DNA of 64,000 bases from Candidatus Cloacimonadales bacterium (GTDB lineage: Bacteria > Cloacimonadota > Cloacimonadia > Cloacimonadales > JAFGVF01). This document shows, one piece after another, positions 18,454 through 28,006 of the stretch (the first letter of the stretch is position 1; each line of letters opens with the position of its first letter). The notes below the pieces were generated by a model. The model was given only the letters and a program-made list of their open reading frames with translations, was not told the DNA's origin and searched no databases. The stretch spans positions 1,696,001 to 1,760,000 of the forward strand of contig OY762964.1 of assembly GCA_963667035.1 (NCBI GenBank), read 5' to 3'. The translations under genes and the position numbers were made by a program.

Positions 18454-19188
18454 ATGAATAAAAAGATTATATATATTTTACTTGGCTTACTACTTTTCAC
18501 TTCAATACTCTCATCTGTTGACTTTCCAAAAGCAACAGGATGGGTTAACGATTATGCAAATAAGATTGATCCACAAACAGAAGCCAGGCTATCCAATCTT
18601 ATATCTGAAGTCAGGCAGAAAACTAATGTAGATATTGCCGTTGGCATAGTTAGTGACCTACAGGGTATGGACTATGAGGACTATGCCAATCAGTTATACC
18701 GCTTTTGGGGTGTCGGCAATAGCAAAAATGAGGGTGTATTAATTCTTGTAGCCCTTAAAGAACGTAAAATCAAGATTGAAGTTGGCTATGGCTCAGAAGG
18801 TTACATCACTGATTATAAAGCTTCCTTAATTTATAACAATATGAAGACTTATCTGAACAGAGGTATGGAAGATTATTCCAGAGCTATTGGTTATGCTGTA
18901 AACGCATGTGCTTCTGAAATTGCAAAAGAGCATCTGGTAACACTCAGTGGTCAATATTCCACAAGAAATAAACAGAAGAGACGAGGGATTAATTTATCGG
19001 CAATAATATTTATAATATTGGTAATCCTCACTCGTGGACGAATCCTCATCTGGCTCATGATTTTTGGTGGCGGTGGAAGAGGTTTCGGTGGAATGGGTAG
19101 CGGTCGCTCAGGAGGCGGAGGCTTTGGCGGTTTCGGTGGTTTCGGTGGAGGTAGCTCCGGAGGTGGTGGTGCAGGAGGTAGTTTCTGA
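18454..19188 (+). CDS. TPM domain (TLP18.3/Psb32/MOLO-1) membrane protein
   Basis: GWVNDYA, WGVG...GVLILVA..ER.I.IEVGYG.EG; Gly-rich tail FGGGSSGGGGAGGSF. Confidence 0.9.
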   Translation: MNKKIIYILLGLLLFTSILSSVDFPKATGWVNDYANKIDPQTEARLSNLISEVRQKTNVDIAVGIVSDLQGMDYEDYANQLYRFWGVGNSKNEGVLILVALKERKIKIEVGYGSEGYITDYKASLIYNNMKTYLNRGMEDYSRAIGYAVNACASEIAKEHLVTLSGQYSTRNKQKRRGINLSAIIFIILVILTRGRILIWLMIFGGGGRGFGGMGSGRSGGGGFGGFGGFGGGSSGGGGAGGSF

Positions 19189-19778
19189 TGGAATTTCTTA
19201 TTGTATTTATTAAAGTCCTCATTATACTTGCCGTAAATATAGGTCTTGGACTTTTTCTTGCTGAAATACTACGCTTTTTCTTAATCAACGAATGGAAACG
19301 TAAGATTGTGATAGCAGGTTATAACCTAACTCCCGGCTTTATTATAAGTAAAAGACAATGGGTATTAGATAAAGCCTATGAACTTCTTAATGACTACCTT
19401 GATCAAGCCGATTTGAAGAAAGAAGGATATCTGGCTAAATGGGAGCAGAAAGTATATGACTTTATCTATGAGAATATGGATTTCGTTGAGAAAGCCAAAC
19501 TGCTACCCGAATCATTTAGAATTAAGATAAGACACCTATCCGGTAGCTGTGCTAAATCAATAGCTGCAAAACTGCTACGCGAATTTGTACCTTTTATAAT
19601 CAAGAAATATAGCATAAAGAACAAAATAGACCTACTTGCCGTTAAGTTCGACATAAACACTATTATAGAATTCTATAACAAATACATCCATGAATATCTA
19701 ACCAAATTCAATCTTGTGTTTTTCGGTTTCATCGGCATAGTAAATGTTATAACTTTCCTTTTATTATTGCTTTTTTAA
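19188..19778 (+). CDS. hypothetical membrane protein
   Basis: start overlaps the upstream stop; TM segments at both termini. Confidence 0.6.
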   Translation: MEFLIVFIKVLIILAVNIGLGLFLAEILRFFLINEWKRKIVIAGYNLTPGFIISKRQWVLDKAYELLNDYLDQADLKKEGYLAKWEQKVYDFIYENMDFVEKAKLLPESFRIKIRHLSGSCAKSIAAKLLREFVPFIIKKYSIKNKIDLLAVKFDINTIIEFYNKYIHEYLTKFNLVFFGFIGIVNVITFLLLLLF

Positions 19779-19935
19779 CTAACGTTGATTAATTGTAGTC
19801 TTAACTATTATTTAACATAGCTGAGACTCATCAATACATAGTTTCCAAATTTAGCTTACCTCTCCCTCATTTTTCCTTGACACAGAACCTCTTGCACCAT
19901 GTTTAGAAGAAAATTAACTATCAGGGAGTAAGTCT

Positions 19936-22005
19936 ATGGAACAACAACGCATCCATGAGCATCCGGTACTTGATGTGCCAGAGAAGAAAGAGATTAAATT
20001 CTATTGGGACAATCAATGTCTAACTGCAAATGAAGGTGAAGTAATCTCCTCAGCATTAATGGCTAACGGCATTAAAACATTCGGACATCATCACAAAGAC
20101 GGCACAGCCCAGGGGATATTCTGTGCTAATGGTCAATGTGCAAAATGTATGGTAATAGCTAACGGTATTCCTGTAAAATCATGTATGACAATTGTTCAGG
20201 AGAACATGATTGTTAAACCTGCTGACGGTTTACCGGAGATGCCTGAGTCGGAAGAAAATCCTAATTTGGAACCTATTGAAGAGTTGAAAACGGATGTTCT
20301 GATTATTGGTGGTGGTCCTGCCGGATTATCTGCAGCAATAGAACTTGGAAGCCGTAACATCAAAGCTCTTATTGTTGATGATAAAAATGTACTTGGTGGC
20401 AAGCTTGTTCTCCAAACACATAAATTCTTTGGCTCGGTTGAAGATTCTCATGCAGGAACAAGAGGAAATGCTATCGGAAGATTATTAGCTGAGAAAGTTA
20501 TGGCAATGGATGCTATTGATGTATGGTTAAATAGTACTGCTCTCTACGTGTTTAGCGATAAAAAGGTTGGAATTGTTAAAGATGGTATTTACAAGATAGT
20601 TGAGCCAAAGCTTATTCTTAATGCAGCGGGAGCAAGAGAGAAGTTCCTTCGTTTTAACGGAAATACTCTCGCAGGTATTTATGGTGCAGGTGCTTTCCAG
20701 ACCTTAGTTAATCGTGATCTTGTAAGACCTACAGAACGCCTCTTTATTATCGGTGGCGGTAATGTAGGACTTATTGCCGGATATCATGCACTTCAAGCAG
20801 GAATTGACGTTGTTGGACTTGTAGAAGCCATGCCAACTTGTGGCGGTTATAAAGTTCATGCTGACAAATTGAAAAGACTTGGTGTTCCAATCTATACTTC
20901 ACACACTATCCTCTCGGCAAATGGAGATGAAGAAGTTAGTTCTATCACGATAGCTGCAATAAATGATAAATTTGAACCTATCAAAGGTACTGAACAGACC
21001 TTTGATTGCGATACCATTCTGATCGCTGTAGGACTTGATAAATTAGATGAATTCACTAATGAAGCTGAAATAGCAGGTATAAATGTATTTGCTGCAGGAG
21101 ATGCTCATGAAATAGCTGAAGCTTCGTCTGCTATGTTTAATGGTAAGATAGCCGGTATAGAAATTTGTAAAGCTATGGGTACCGATATAGGCGAGATTCC
21201 TGAAGATTGGAAACAAAAAGCAGAAGTTCTTAAATCACATCCGGGAGCATTACATTCATATAAAACCTATCCAAATGATGAAGGTGTTTTCCCGGTAATT
21301 CATTGTTTACAAGAAATTCCTTGTAATCCATGTACAACAGTATGCCCGACAAACTCCATCCATACAGAGGATGGTGGTTTAATGGGTGTTCCTATCTATG
21401 ATGGTAGTTGTATCGGTTGTGGAAAGTGTGTTCTTATTTGCCCGGGACTTGCTATCACTTTAGTTGATTTTAGAAAAGATCTGGAAATGCCAATTGTGAC
21501 AATGCCTTATGAAGTCGGTAACTATCCTGTTAAAGAAGGAGCCAAGGTTAAAGTCGTCGATATTAACGGTAATGATCTTGAGGAAGCAGAAGTTACTCAA
21601 GTAATGACAAATAAAGCTAACAGAACTCAGCTTGTAAGAGTTAAAGCTTCCAAGTCAAATGCAAGAAAGATTGCTGCTTTCACAGTTCAAGCAGATGATG
21701 TATCAGCACCTAATACCGAGACAATCATTGATGAGAAACAACCTGATGATGCTATGATCTGTCTCTGTGAAAGGGTAACAGTTGGCGAAGTTAGACAACT
21801 AATAAAGAAAGGTATAACTGACCTTAATCAAATAAAAGCTATTACTCGTTCAGGAATGGGACCATGCGGTGCCAAGACCTGCGATACCCTTATCAAACAA
21901 GTTCTCAGACAGGAAGGTATACCTGTAGAGAATGTTGTTCCAAACACAAAGAGACCTGTGTTTATTGAAGTTCCATTAGAAGTTTTTGCAGACGGTAAGG
22001 AGTAA
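19936..22005 (+). CDS. FAD/Fe-S oxidoreductase, sarcosine oxidase alpha / dye-linked proline dehydrogenase-like
   Basis: N-terminal 2Fe-2S (GIFCANGQCAKC), GGGPAG FAD motif, two 4Fe-4S motifs, C-terminal BFD-like (CLCE...GMGPCGAKTC). Confidence 0.82.
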   Translation: MEQQRIHEHPVLDVPEKKEIKFYWDNQCLTANEGEVISSALMANGIKTFGHHHKDGTAQGIFCANGQCAKCMVIANGIPVKSCMTIVQENMIVKPADGLPEMPESEENPNLEPIEELKTDVLIIGGGPAGLSAAIELGSRNIKALIVDDKNVLGGKLVLQTHKFFGSVEDSHAGTRGNAIGRLLAEKVMAMDAIDVWLNSTALYVFSDKKVGIVKDGIYKIVEPKLILNAAGAREKFLRFNGNTLAGIYGAGAFQTLVNRDLVRPTERLFIIGGGNVGLIAGYHALQAGIDVVGLVEAMPTCGGYKVHADKLKRLGVPIYTSHTILSANGDEEVSSITIAAINDKFEPIKGTEQTFDCDTILIAVGLDKLDEFTNEAEIAGINVFAAGDAHEIAEASSAMFNGKIAGIEICKAMGTDIGEIPEDWKQKAEVLKSHPGALHSYKTYPNDEGVFPVIHCLQEIPCNPCTTVCPTNSIHTEDGGLMGVPIYDGSCIGCGKCVLICPGLAITLVDFRKDLEMPIVTMPYEVGNYPVKEGAKVKVVDINGNDLEEAEVTQVMTNKANRTQLVRVKASKSNARKIAAFTVQADDVSAPNTETIIDEKQPDDAMICLCERVTVGEVRQLIKKGITDLNQIKAITRSGMGPCGAKTCDTLIKQVLRQEGIPVENVVPNTKRPVFIEVPLEVFADGKE

Positions 22006-22009
22006 TAAA

Positions 22010-23161
22010 ATGAAGAATTATGATGTAATTGTAATTGGTGCAGGTTCAGTAGGCTTACCAACTGCTGTTGAGATTGCCGAACGTAATTTGAGCGTTTTAT
22101 GCCTGGAAGCTAAACCGGGTCCGGGACAAGGTAACAACAAGAAGGCTATAGGTGGTGTAAGAGCTACTCATTCAGATTTTGGTAAGATTCAAACATGTAA
22201 GAGAAGTATTGAAATTCTTTCAACATGGAAAGAAGTCTATGGTGATGACTTAGGCTGGATGTCCAATGGATACTCATATCCTGCTTATACAGATGATCAT
22301 GAAAAGAAATTTAAGGACTTAATGAAGATACAGCATAAGTTCGGATTAAATATTAGTTGGGTTTCTCCCGAAGAATATAATGAATTGGTTCCTGGCATTG
22401 AAATGGAGGATTTAAGAGGTTCTACTTATTCACCTGAGGATGGTAGTTGTTCTCCTCTTCTTACTGTTTCCGCATACTACTTTAGAGCTTTACGTGCAGG
22501 CGTTGATATGCATTTCAATGAGGCTGTAACTGGTATTGAAATGTCAGGCAATAAGATAACTGCCGTTAAAACTGATAAAGGTGTTTATGGTTGCGGACAA
22601 GTTGTTAATGCTGCAGGAAACTACGCAAGACAGATAGGCAAAATGGTTGGACTTGATGTCAAAGTCTTCCCTGATAATCACGAAGCCGGTATCTCTGATC
22701 CGGTTAAGAGATTCTTTGGTCCTATGGTTATCGATATGCGCAAAGCTCCCGGTTCTGCTAATTTCTACTTCTATCAGAACCATGAAGGTCAGATTGTATT
22801 CTGCTATACTCCTGACCCTCCTATTGTCGGAATTGATAATGAAGCAACTTCCGAGTTTCTACCTACTATTGCCAGAAGAATGTTAAAGATTTATCCTCGT
22901 CTCCGTTTCTATAAAGTACGTAGAACTTGGAGAGGACAGTATCCAATGACCCCTGACGGATTCCCTATAGTTGGTAGAGTAAATGAAATTGAGAACTATA
23001 TCAATTGTGTGGGTATGTGTGGACAAGGCTTCATGCTCGGACCTGGAATGGGTGAATTAGTTGCTCGCATAGTAACAAATGCAGAAACAGAAGATGATAT
23101 TCATACCTTGAAGAGCTACGATTTCTACCGTGACTATTCTGGTATGGAAGCTTTTAAATAG
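22010..23161 (+). CDS. DAO-family FAD oxidoreductase (sarcosine oxidase beta / proline dehydrogenase-like)
   Basis: VIGAGSVG, VVNAAG, W.G.YPMTPDG.PIVG, G.CGQGFM; ATG at 22010 after AAGGAG. Confidence 0.85.
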   Translation: MKNYDVIVIGAGSVGLPTAVEIAERNLSVLCLEAKPGPGQGNNKKAIGGVRATHSDFGKIQTCKRSIEILSTWKEVYGDDLGWMSNGYSYPAYTDDHEKKFKDLMKIQHKFGLNISWVSPEEYNELVPGIEMEDLRGSTYSPEDGSCSPLLTVSAYYFRALRAGVDMHFNEAVTGIEMSGNKITAVKTDKGVYGCGQVVNAAGNYARQIGKMVGLDVKVFPDNHEAGISDPVKRFFGPMVIDMRKAPGSANFYFYQNHEGQIVFCYTPDPPIVGIDNEATSEFLPTIARRMLKIYPRLRFYKVRRTWRGQYPMTPDGFPIVGRVNEIENYINCVGMCGQGFMLGPGMGELVARIVTNAETEDDIHTLKSYDFYRDYSGMEAFK

Positions 23162-23180
23162 AATTAAACTTATTTAGAAC

Positions 23181-23210
23181 AAGGGAGTTTGCAACCGTAA
23201 ACTCCCTTTA
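23181..23210. terminator. bidirectional terminator
   Basis: AAGGGAGTTTGC-AACC-GTAAACTCCCTT between convergent genes. Confidence 0.75.
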
Positions 23211-23238
23211 TTCTTTGTAAACTCTATTTAAATTTGAC

Positions 23239-23919
23239 TTATTGTGGTAAGCTGAAAACTCCCACTTTATCAGTAATAATCAAACTAGCTTCAGTTGCTT
23301 TAACAACTTCTTCTACTGTATAACCTTCAGCAACTTCATGAAGAACTAAACCTTCAGGAGTTACATCAATAACTGCCATTTCAGTTACAATCATCGTAAC
23401 AACACCCATTGCTGTAAGAGGAAGATTGCACTCTTTAAGTATTTTTGGATTCCCTTTCTTGTCGGTGTGCTCCATAGTAACAATAACTTTCTTAGCACCA
23501 ACAACAAGATCCATAGCTCCCCCCATACCTGGAACCATCTTTCCGGGAATCATCCAGTTGGCAAGATTACCCTTTTCATCAACTTGTAACCCACCCAGTA
23601 CAGTCATAGCAAGGTGACCACCACGGATAATACCAAAACTGACGCATGAATCGAAGTAACAAGCTCCGGGAGCAGCAGTAATATAACCACCACCGGCATT
23701 AATCATCTCTTCATCTTGCATTCCTTCTGCAGGAGCAGGACCAACACCCATAATTCCGTTTTCACTTTGGAAAACTACACTAACTCCTTCAGGAATATAG
23801 TTTGCAGCCATAGTTGGAATTCCGATACCAAGATTTACATAATCACCATCCTGCATCTCTTGAGCAACACGCCATCCGATAATCTGTCTTTTATAATTTT
23901 TATCTGTTCTATCTATCAT
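23239..23919 (-). CDS. atoA: 3-oxoacid/acetate CoA-transferase beta subunit
   Basis: VNLGIGIPT, QSENG (catalytic Glu), GMGGAMDLV. Confidence 0.9.
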   Translation of the reverse strand: MIDRTDKNYKRQIIGWRVAQEMQDGDYVNLGIGIPTMAANYIPEGVSVVFQSENGIMGVGPAPAEGMQDEEMINAGGGYITAAPGACYFDSCVSFGIIRGGHLAMTVLGGLQVDEKGNLANWMIPGKMVPGMGGAMDLVVGAKKVIVTMEHTDKKGNPKILKECNLPLTAMGVVTMIVTEMAVIDVTPEGLVLHEVAEGYTVEEVVKATEASLIITDKVGVFSLPQ

Positions 23920-23928
23920 TATAAGCTC

Positions 23929-24576
23929 CTATTTCTTAACAAGGTAGTTAACAAAGATACCCGAAGTAACAACTTGTTCGGGATCAAGTTCACCAATTTC
24001 AACAATCTCATCAACTTCTGCAATAACAATCTTAGCTGCAGTAGCCATAATAGGATTACTGTTTCGAGCAGTTTTACTATAAATAAGATTACCTTGTTTA
24101 TCAGCTTTATGAGCCTTAATAATAGCAATATCACCGGCTAAAGCTTTTTCTAATAGAAAGTCTTTACCATCAACATTAATAACTTGCTTCCCTTCAGCAG
24201 CTAATGTTCCAAGACCTACAGGCGTAAGAACTCCTCCTAAACCTGCACCTGCAGCGCGTACTCTCTCCATGAGGGATCCTTGAGGTATGAGCTCAACTTC
24301 AATTTCACCTTCATTCATCTGTCTTTGAATCTCTCTATTTGTTCCAAGATGAGAAACTTGAACTTTGCTAGCTTGTTTATTAACTATAAGTTTTCCCATT
24401 CCTCTGTTCTCCCAGTCGGAAGCGATTACAACAAGAGAAAGATCTTTAGTTCCTTGCTCTACAAGAGCATCAATGATGGATTCCGGTGCTCCAACGGCAA
24501 GAAATCCACCGATGAGTACTTTATTGCCTTGCTTAACCAGATTGGCTGCTTCACGGGCAGTAATGATTTTTGGCAT
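23929..24576 (-). CDS. atoD: 3-oxoacid/acetate CoA-transferase alpha subunit
   Basis: IGGF, PQGSLMERVRAAGAG, ARNSNP.MA.AA. Confidence 0.9.
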   Translation of the reverse strand: MPKIITAREAANLVKQGNKVLIGGFLAVGAPESIIDALVEQGTKDLSLVVIASDWENRGMGKLIVNKQASKVQVSHLGTNREIQRQMNEGEIEVELIPQGSLMERVRAAGAGLGGVLTPVGLGTLAAEGKQVINVDGKDFLLEKALAGDIAIIKAHKADKQGNLIYSKTARNSNPIMATAAKIVIAEVDEIVEIGELDPEQVVTSGIFVNYLVKK

Positions 24577-24686
24577 AGGCTCTCCTTTTATCAGTTATTT
24601 TTATGCTGGAAGTTTCATAAAATCTTTACATCGGTCAAGCAATTTTTATAAACCAGCGATTGAATTAACTCGAAATGGTAATATTT

Positions 24687-24770
24687 CCCTTGCTCCGCTC
24701 TTGTCTCACTCTTGGGTCTCCCTTGCAAAGCAAGGGAGACCCAAGGGAAACTTACCAGTTAATCTAGGGA
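24687..24770. repeat. perfect 16-bp palindrome embedded in an 11-bp-periodic array
   Basis: CTTGGGTCTCCCTTGC-AAA-GCAAGGGAGACCCAAG (24711-24745); CYCTTG at 24687/98/709/720, CAAGGG at 24731/42, CTAGGG at 24764. Confidence 0.8.
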
Positions 24771-24852
24771 AAAGTTATCATTTTTTCATAATAACATTGA
24801 CTTCTTACAGAACAAATATGTTATCATAGCATATCAAAATCCGGAGAGTAAT

Positions 24853-25551
24853 ATGAGTGTTTCAGAAGTTAAGAAAGCTTTACTACAAAGAGCAAACAAA
24901 CATAGAATAGAAGCATTAGGGAAATTCTACAAAACGTATAAGGGTGGTTATGGTGAGGGCGACGCCTTTATCGGTGTATCACATACTCCTCAGAGAGAGA
25001 TTGCTAAACAGTTCTCAAAGATATCACTAAAGGAAGTGGAAGAATTGTTACAAGAGCCGATTCATGAGTATAGATCAGTAGCCCTTCAGATAATGGTGAA
25101 GAGATACAAACCTAAGCGTTCAACCGAAAAAGAGCAGGTAATCGACATGTATTTAAGGAACATTGACTATGTTAACAATTGGGATTTAGTTGATATGAGT
25201 GCTCCTCATTTACTGGGAGTTCATTTATGGGGAAACGACGACAGTCTACTTGTTGATTTAGCTCATCATGAAAATATATGGCATCAAAGAATTGCAATAG
25301 TAGCTACGCAATATTTCATAAAACAAGGAGATTATGAATCAACATTCAAAATTGCTAAGATTCTATTAAATACACCAGAGGATATAATACAAAAAGCTGT
25401 TGGCTGGATGTTAAAAGAGATTGGTAAGAAAGAGCAAGATGCACTCACTCCATTTTTGGATAAACATTATAAGGACATGCCACGTACAATATTACGATAT
25501 TCGTTGGAAAAAGTAGATTCAGACATGAGAAAATACTACATGAAAAAGTAA
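24853..25551 (+). CDS. DNA alkylation repair protein (AlkD-like)
   Basis: GYGEGD.F.GV, NNWDLVD, W..R.AIV.T, IQKAVGWMLKE. Confidence 0.88.
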   Translation: MSVSEVKKALLQRANKHRIEALGKFYKTYKGGYGEGDAFIGVSHTPQREIAKQFSKISLKEVEELLQEPIHEYRSVALQIMVKRYKPKRSTEKEQVIDMYLRNIDYVNNWDLVDMSAPHLLGVHLWGNDDSLLVDLAHHENIWHQRIAIVATQYFIKQGDYESTFKIAKILLNTPEDIIQKAVGWMLKEIGKKEQDALTPFLDKHYKDMPRTILRYSLEKVDSDMRKYYMKK

Positions 25552-25626
25552 TGTAGAAGGGATAATATAAATTGACTATCCATCAATATTAACATAATCT
25601 TGTTTCAATTACTGGAGGTTTATAAA

Positions 25627-26041
25627 ATGAAAAAACTTATCAAATTAGTTTCGATTCTTATTGTTGTTTCACTTCTAAGTGGTTGTTTTGGAAACTTTGC
25701 TTTAACAAAGAAAGTTTATCAATGGAATGATACAGCTTCCGATAACAAGTTTGTTGAGCAAGTTCTTTTCTGGGGAATGTGCTTTATCCCTGTTTACAGT
25801 GTTGCAGGTTTTATTGATGCATGCTTCCTTAACTTAATTGAATTCTGGACCGACACCAATCCTTTGGCATACAATGAACTTGGATGAAACTAATAACAAT
25901 TCATTTGAATTGGTTTACAATGAAGAAACTTCTAAACTTGAATTGAGTAACGCAGAAGGTACTAAGGTTATCGGTTATTATAGTGACAATGCATTAAACC
26001 TGATAAATCCTGACGGAACAATCAAATCAATAAACATGTAA
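25627..26041 (+). pseudogene. DUF3332-like lipoprotein apparently split by a frameshift near 25870
   Basis: lipobox LLSGC and CFGNFALTKKVYQWN...LNLIEFWT.NPLA stop at 25887; overlapping +1 frame ORF continues to 26041. Confidence 0.5.
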
Positions 26042-26064
26042 GCTATTTGTTTACGAGATAGAAT

Positions 26065-26097
26065 GTGCTTCTTCTTTACGGGGAAGCACTTATTTTT
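26065..26097 (+). terminator. possible intrinsic terminator
   Basis: GTGCTTCTTC-TTTAC-GGGGAAGCAC followed by TTATTTTT. Confidence 0.5.
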
Positions 26098-26106
26098 GGA
26101 GATGAA

Positions 26107-26877
26107 ATGAGTGATTACTATGTAGTGGAAGTTACTAAAGAGAATTTATCGAAGCATAAAGATGTGATTTGTTTTATAAATCCAAAGCATCCTTCCTATC
26201 CCTCTAAGATAGAATGGATTAAACAACAGATGAATAACGGTTTAGTCATTAAACTTTTATATAAAGAGGGTGTAAAAAAGGCTGTCGGATATATTGAGTA
26301 CATCCCCGGGAAATATAACTGGCGTTCTGTGAATGCCGATAACTATATGTTCATTCATTGTATCTTTATCAATGGGAAAAAACATCAGGGAAAAGGGTTG
26401 GGAAAGAGACTTCTTGAAGAATGTGAGAAAGACACTATTGAAAAAGGTTTTAATGGAATCGCTGTTTTGACTTCCGAAGACTCTTTCATGGCTACTAAGC
26501 AGTTATTTCTGAAGACCGGATACGAGATTGTTAGCAATGCTAAACCAAAGTATACATTATTAATTAAGAAATTCTCTGATATGCCTAATCCATCAATTAA
26601 TGACAACTCAGATAAACTTAAAGCTATAAAAGGATTACATTTATTCTACAGTAAACAGTGTCCTTGGGTAGCAAGATTTGCCTTAGAAGTAGGAGAAGTT
26701 ATAAAAGATTGGAATATAGAGTTAGATATTCATGAAATAACCAATCCTATAGATGCACAAAACTCATTTTCTCCATATAGCGTTTTTACATTAGTTAATA
26801 ATGGTAAAATCTTATCAGAGCATTATATATCATTTACAAGACTAAGGAATATACTTAAAAAAGAGAAACTAATATGA
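26107..26877 (+). CDS. GNAT N-acetyltransferase with C-terminal YoaP-like domain
   Basis: IEYIPG, IHCI....KHQGKGLGKRLL, YSKQCPW; ATG at 26107 preferred. Confidence 0.85.
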   Translation: MSDYYVVEVTKENLSKHKDVICFINPKHPSYPSKIEWIKQQMNNGLVIKLLYKEGVKKAVGYIEYIPGKYNWRSVNADNYMFIHCIFINGKKHQGKGLGKRLLEECEKDTIEKGFNGIAVLTSEDSFMATKQLFLKTGYEIVSNAKPKYTLLIKKFSDMPNPSINDNSDKLKAIKGLHLFYSKQCPWVARFALEVGEVIKDWNIELDIHEITNPIDAQNSFSPYSVFTLVNNGKILSEHYISFTRLRNILKKEKLI

Positions 26878-26880
26878 TTC

Positions 26881-27855
26881 TCATCTCCCCTTTCCCGAAT
26901 CGGTAATTGTAATCATCTCTTCCGGATAAGGAGCAAAAAACCTTTGATTAAGGATATACTGATTATCAAATCTTTTTGCGTAAGAATACAAAAGATATCT
27001 TAATACGGAAAGAGGTATTCGCCCTCTTTTGTATTGATCGATTAAATCTAGAAAGAGTTCTTTTTCAGGTTGACTAAGATGTTTAGAGAAATAACCGAAT
27101 ATGTGCTGAATCGTATTTATTATCTTTCCTGGAGTTGGAGTTACATGAAGTAATTCGAATAACACATCCTCATAATCCTTTACTGCCTGTTCGAAACTCA
27201 ACTTATTGTTTGCAGATACTATATTCCCCAATCTACTCAAATGCTCAGGACTTAAACTCATGAATAGATACTTGTAATCTGATTGAAATTTAACTAATTC
27301 TTTGTATTTGCCTGAATTAACAACCATTCTCCAATGTGCCAGTGTAAAGATACCTGTTAAGAAATTCTCTCGGATATTAAAATTTGTTAATCTACCTTCA
27401 TCTTCAAACAATGAATTTGGAAAGCTCTTCTTCATCTCTTCTGCAAAGAATCCAACTGATCTATCATCTTTAATCATGACTTTACCTTCAGAAGGATACA
27501 CTTTTACATCCTTTATTCCACATGAAGGAGAACGACTCTTAAGTATAAATCCGTCAACATCAAACAATTGTTCAGCAATGTTGTGAGAATACTCTCTCAT
27601 TTCGGTAGTGTAGATATCCCCGCTGTAAGATGTGATTAAAGAATAGTCTTTGTTATCCTTAGGTCTAATGATTCTTAGAGCTTCTCTTGGTGTAGGTAAA
27701 CCTATCTCTGATTCCGGACAAAAAGTGATGATATTGGCGTAATCTTTCAGCAATTCCACAGTACCTGATGAAAGAACTGAACCATCAAATCTACAATTAC
27801 TGAAACCCAGACATTTACTTACAACAATCTTCGGAGAATAATAGTTGAATTCCAT
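26881..27855 (-). CDS. DUF523/DUF1722 (YbgA-like) protein
   Basis: VSKCLG...CRFDG, CPE.EIGLPTPR, LKSRSPSCG, EDEGRL, QHIFGYFSK. Confidence 0.85.
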   Translation of the reverse strand: MEFNYYSPKIVVSKCLGFSNCRFDGSVLSSGTVELLKDYANIITFCPESEIGLPTPREALRIIRPKDNKDYSLITSYSGDIYTTEMREYSHNIAEQLFDVDGFILKSRSPSCGIKDVKVYPSEGKVMIKDDRSVGFFAEEMKKSFPNSLFEDEGRLTNFNIRENFLTGIFTLAHWRMVVNSGKYKELVKFQSDYKYLFMSLSPEHLSRLGNIVSANNKLSFEQAVKDYEDVLFELLHVTPTPGKIINTIQHIFGYFSKHLSQPEKELFLDLIDQYKRGRIPLSVLRYLLYSYAKRFDNQYILNQRFFAPYPEEMITITDSGKGR

Positions 27856-28006
27856 AAATATAATACCTCTTCTTGAGAAATTAAGCTATTATATATATCA
27901 AGCAAGTAATTTATTGCCTTCTATCTTGACAGATATTGGAATTTGCAAAAATGACTAACAGTGTTAACATATTTTCAATCAGAGAATTAACAACAAAGGA
28001 ATTATA

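Noticed and set aside
19060..19185. GGT/GGC-rich low-complexity repeat
   Set aside because: Encodes the normal Gly-rich tail of TPM-domain proteins.
25885..25887. Selenocysteine or readthrough at the TGA of the DUF3332-like gene
   Set aside because: An in-frame TAA follows two codons later and no SECIS-like hairpin is evident.
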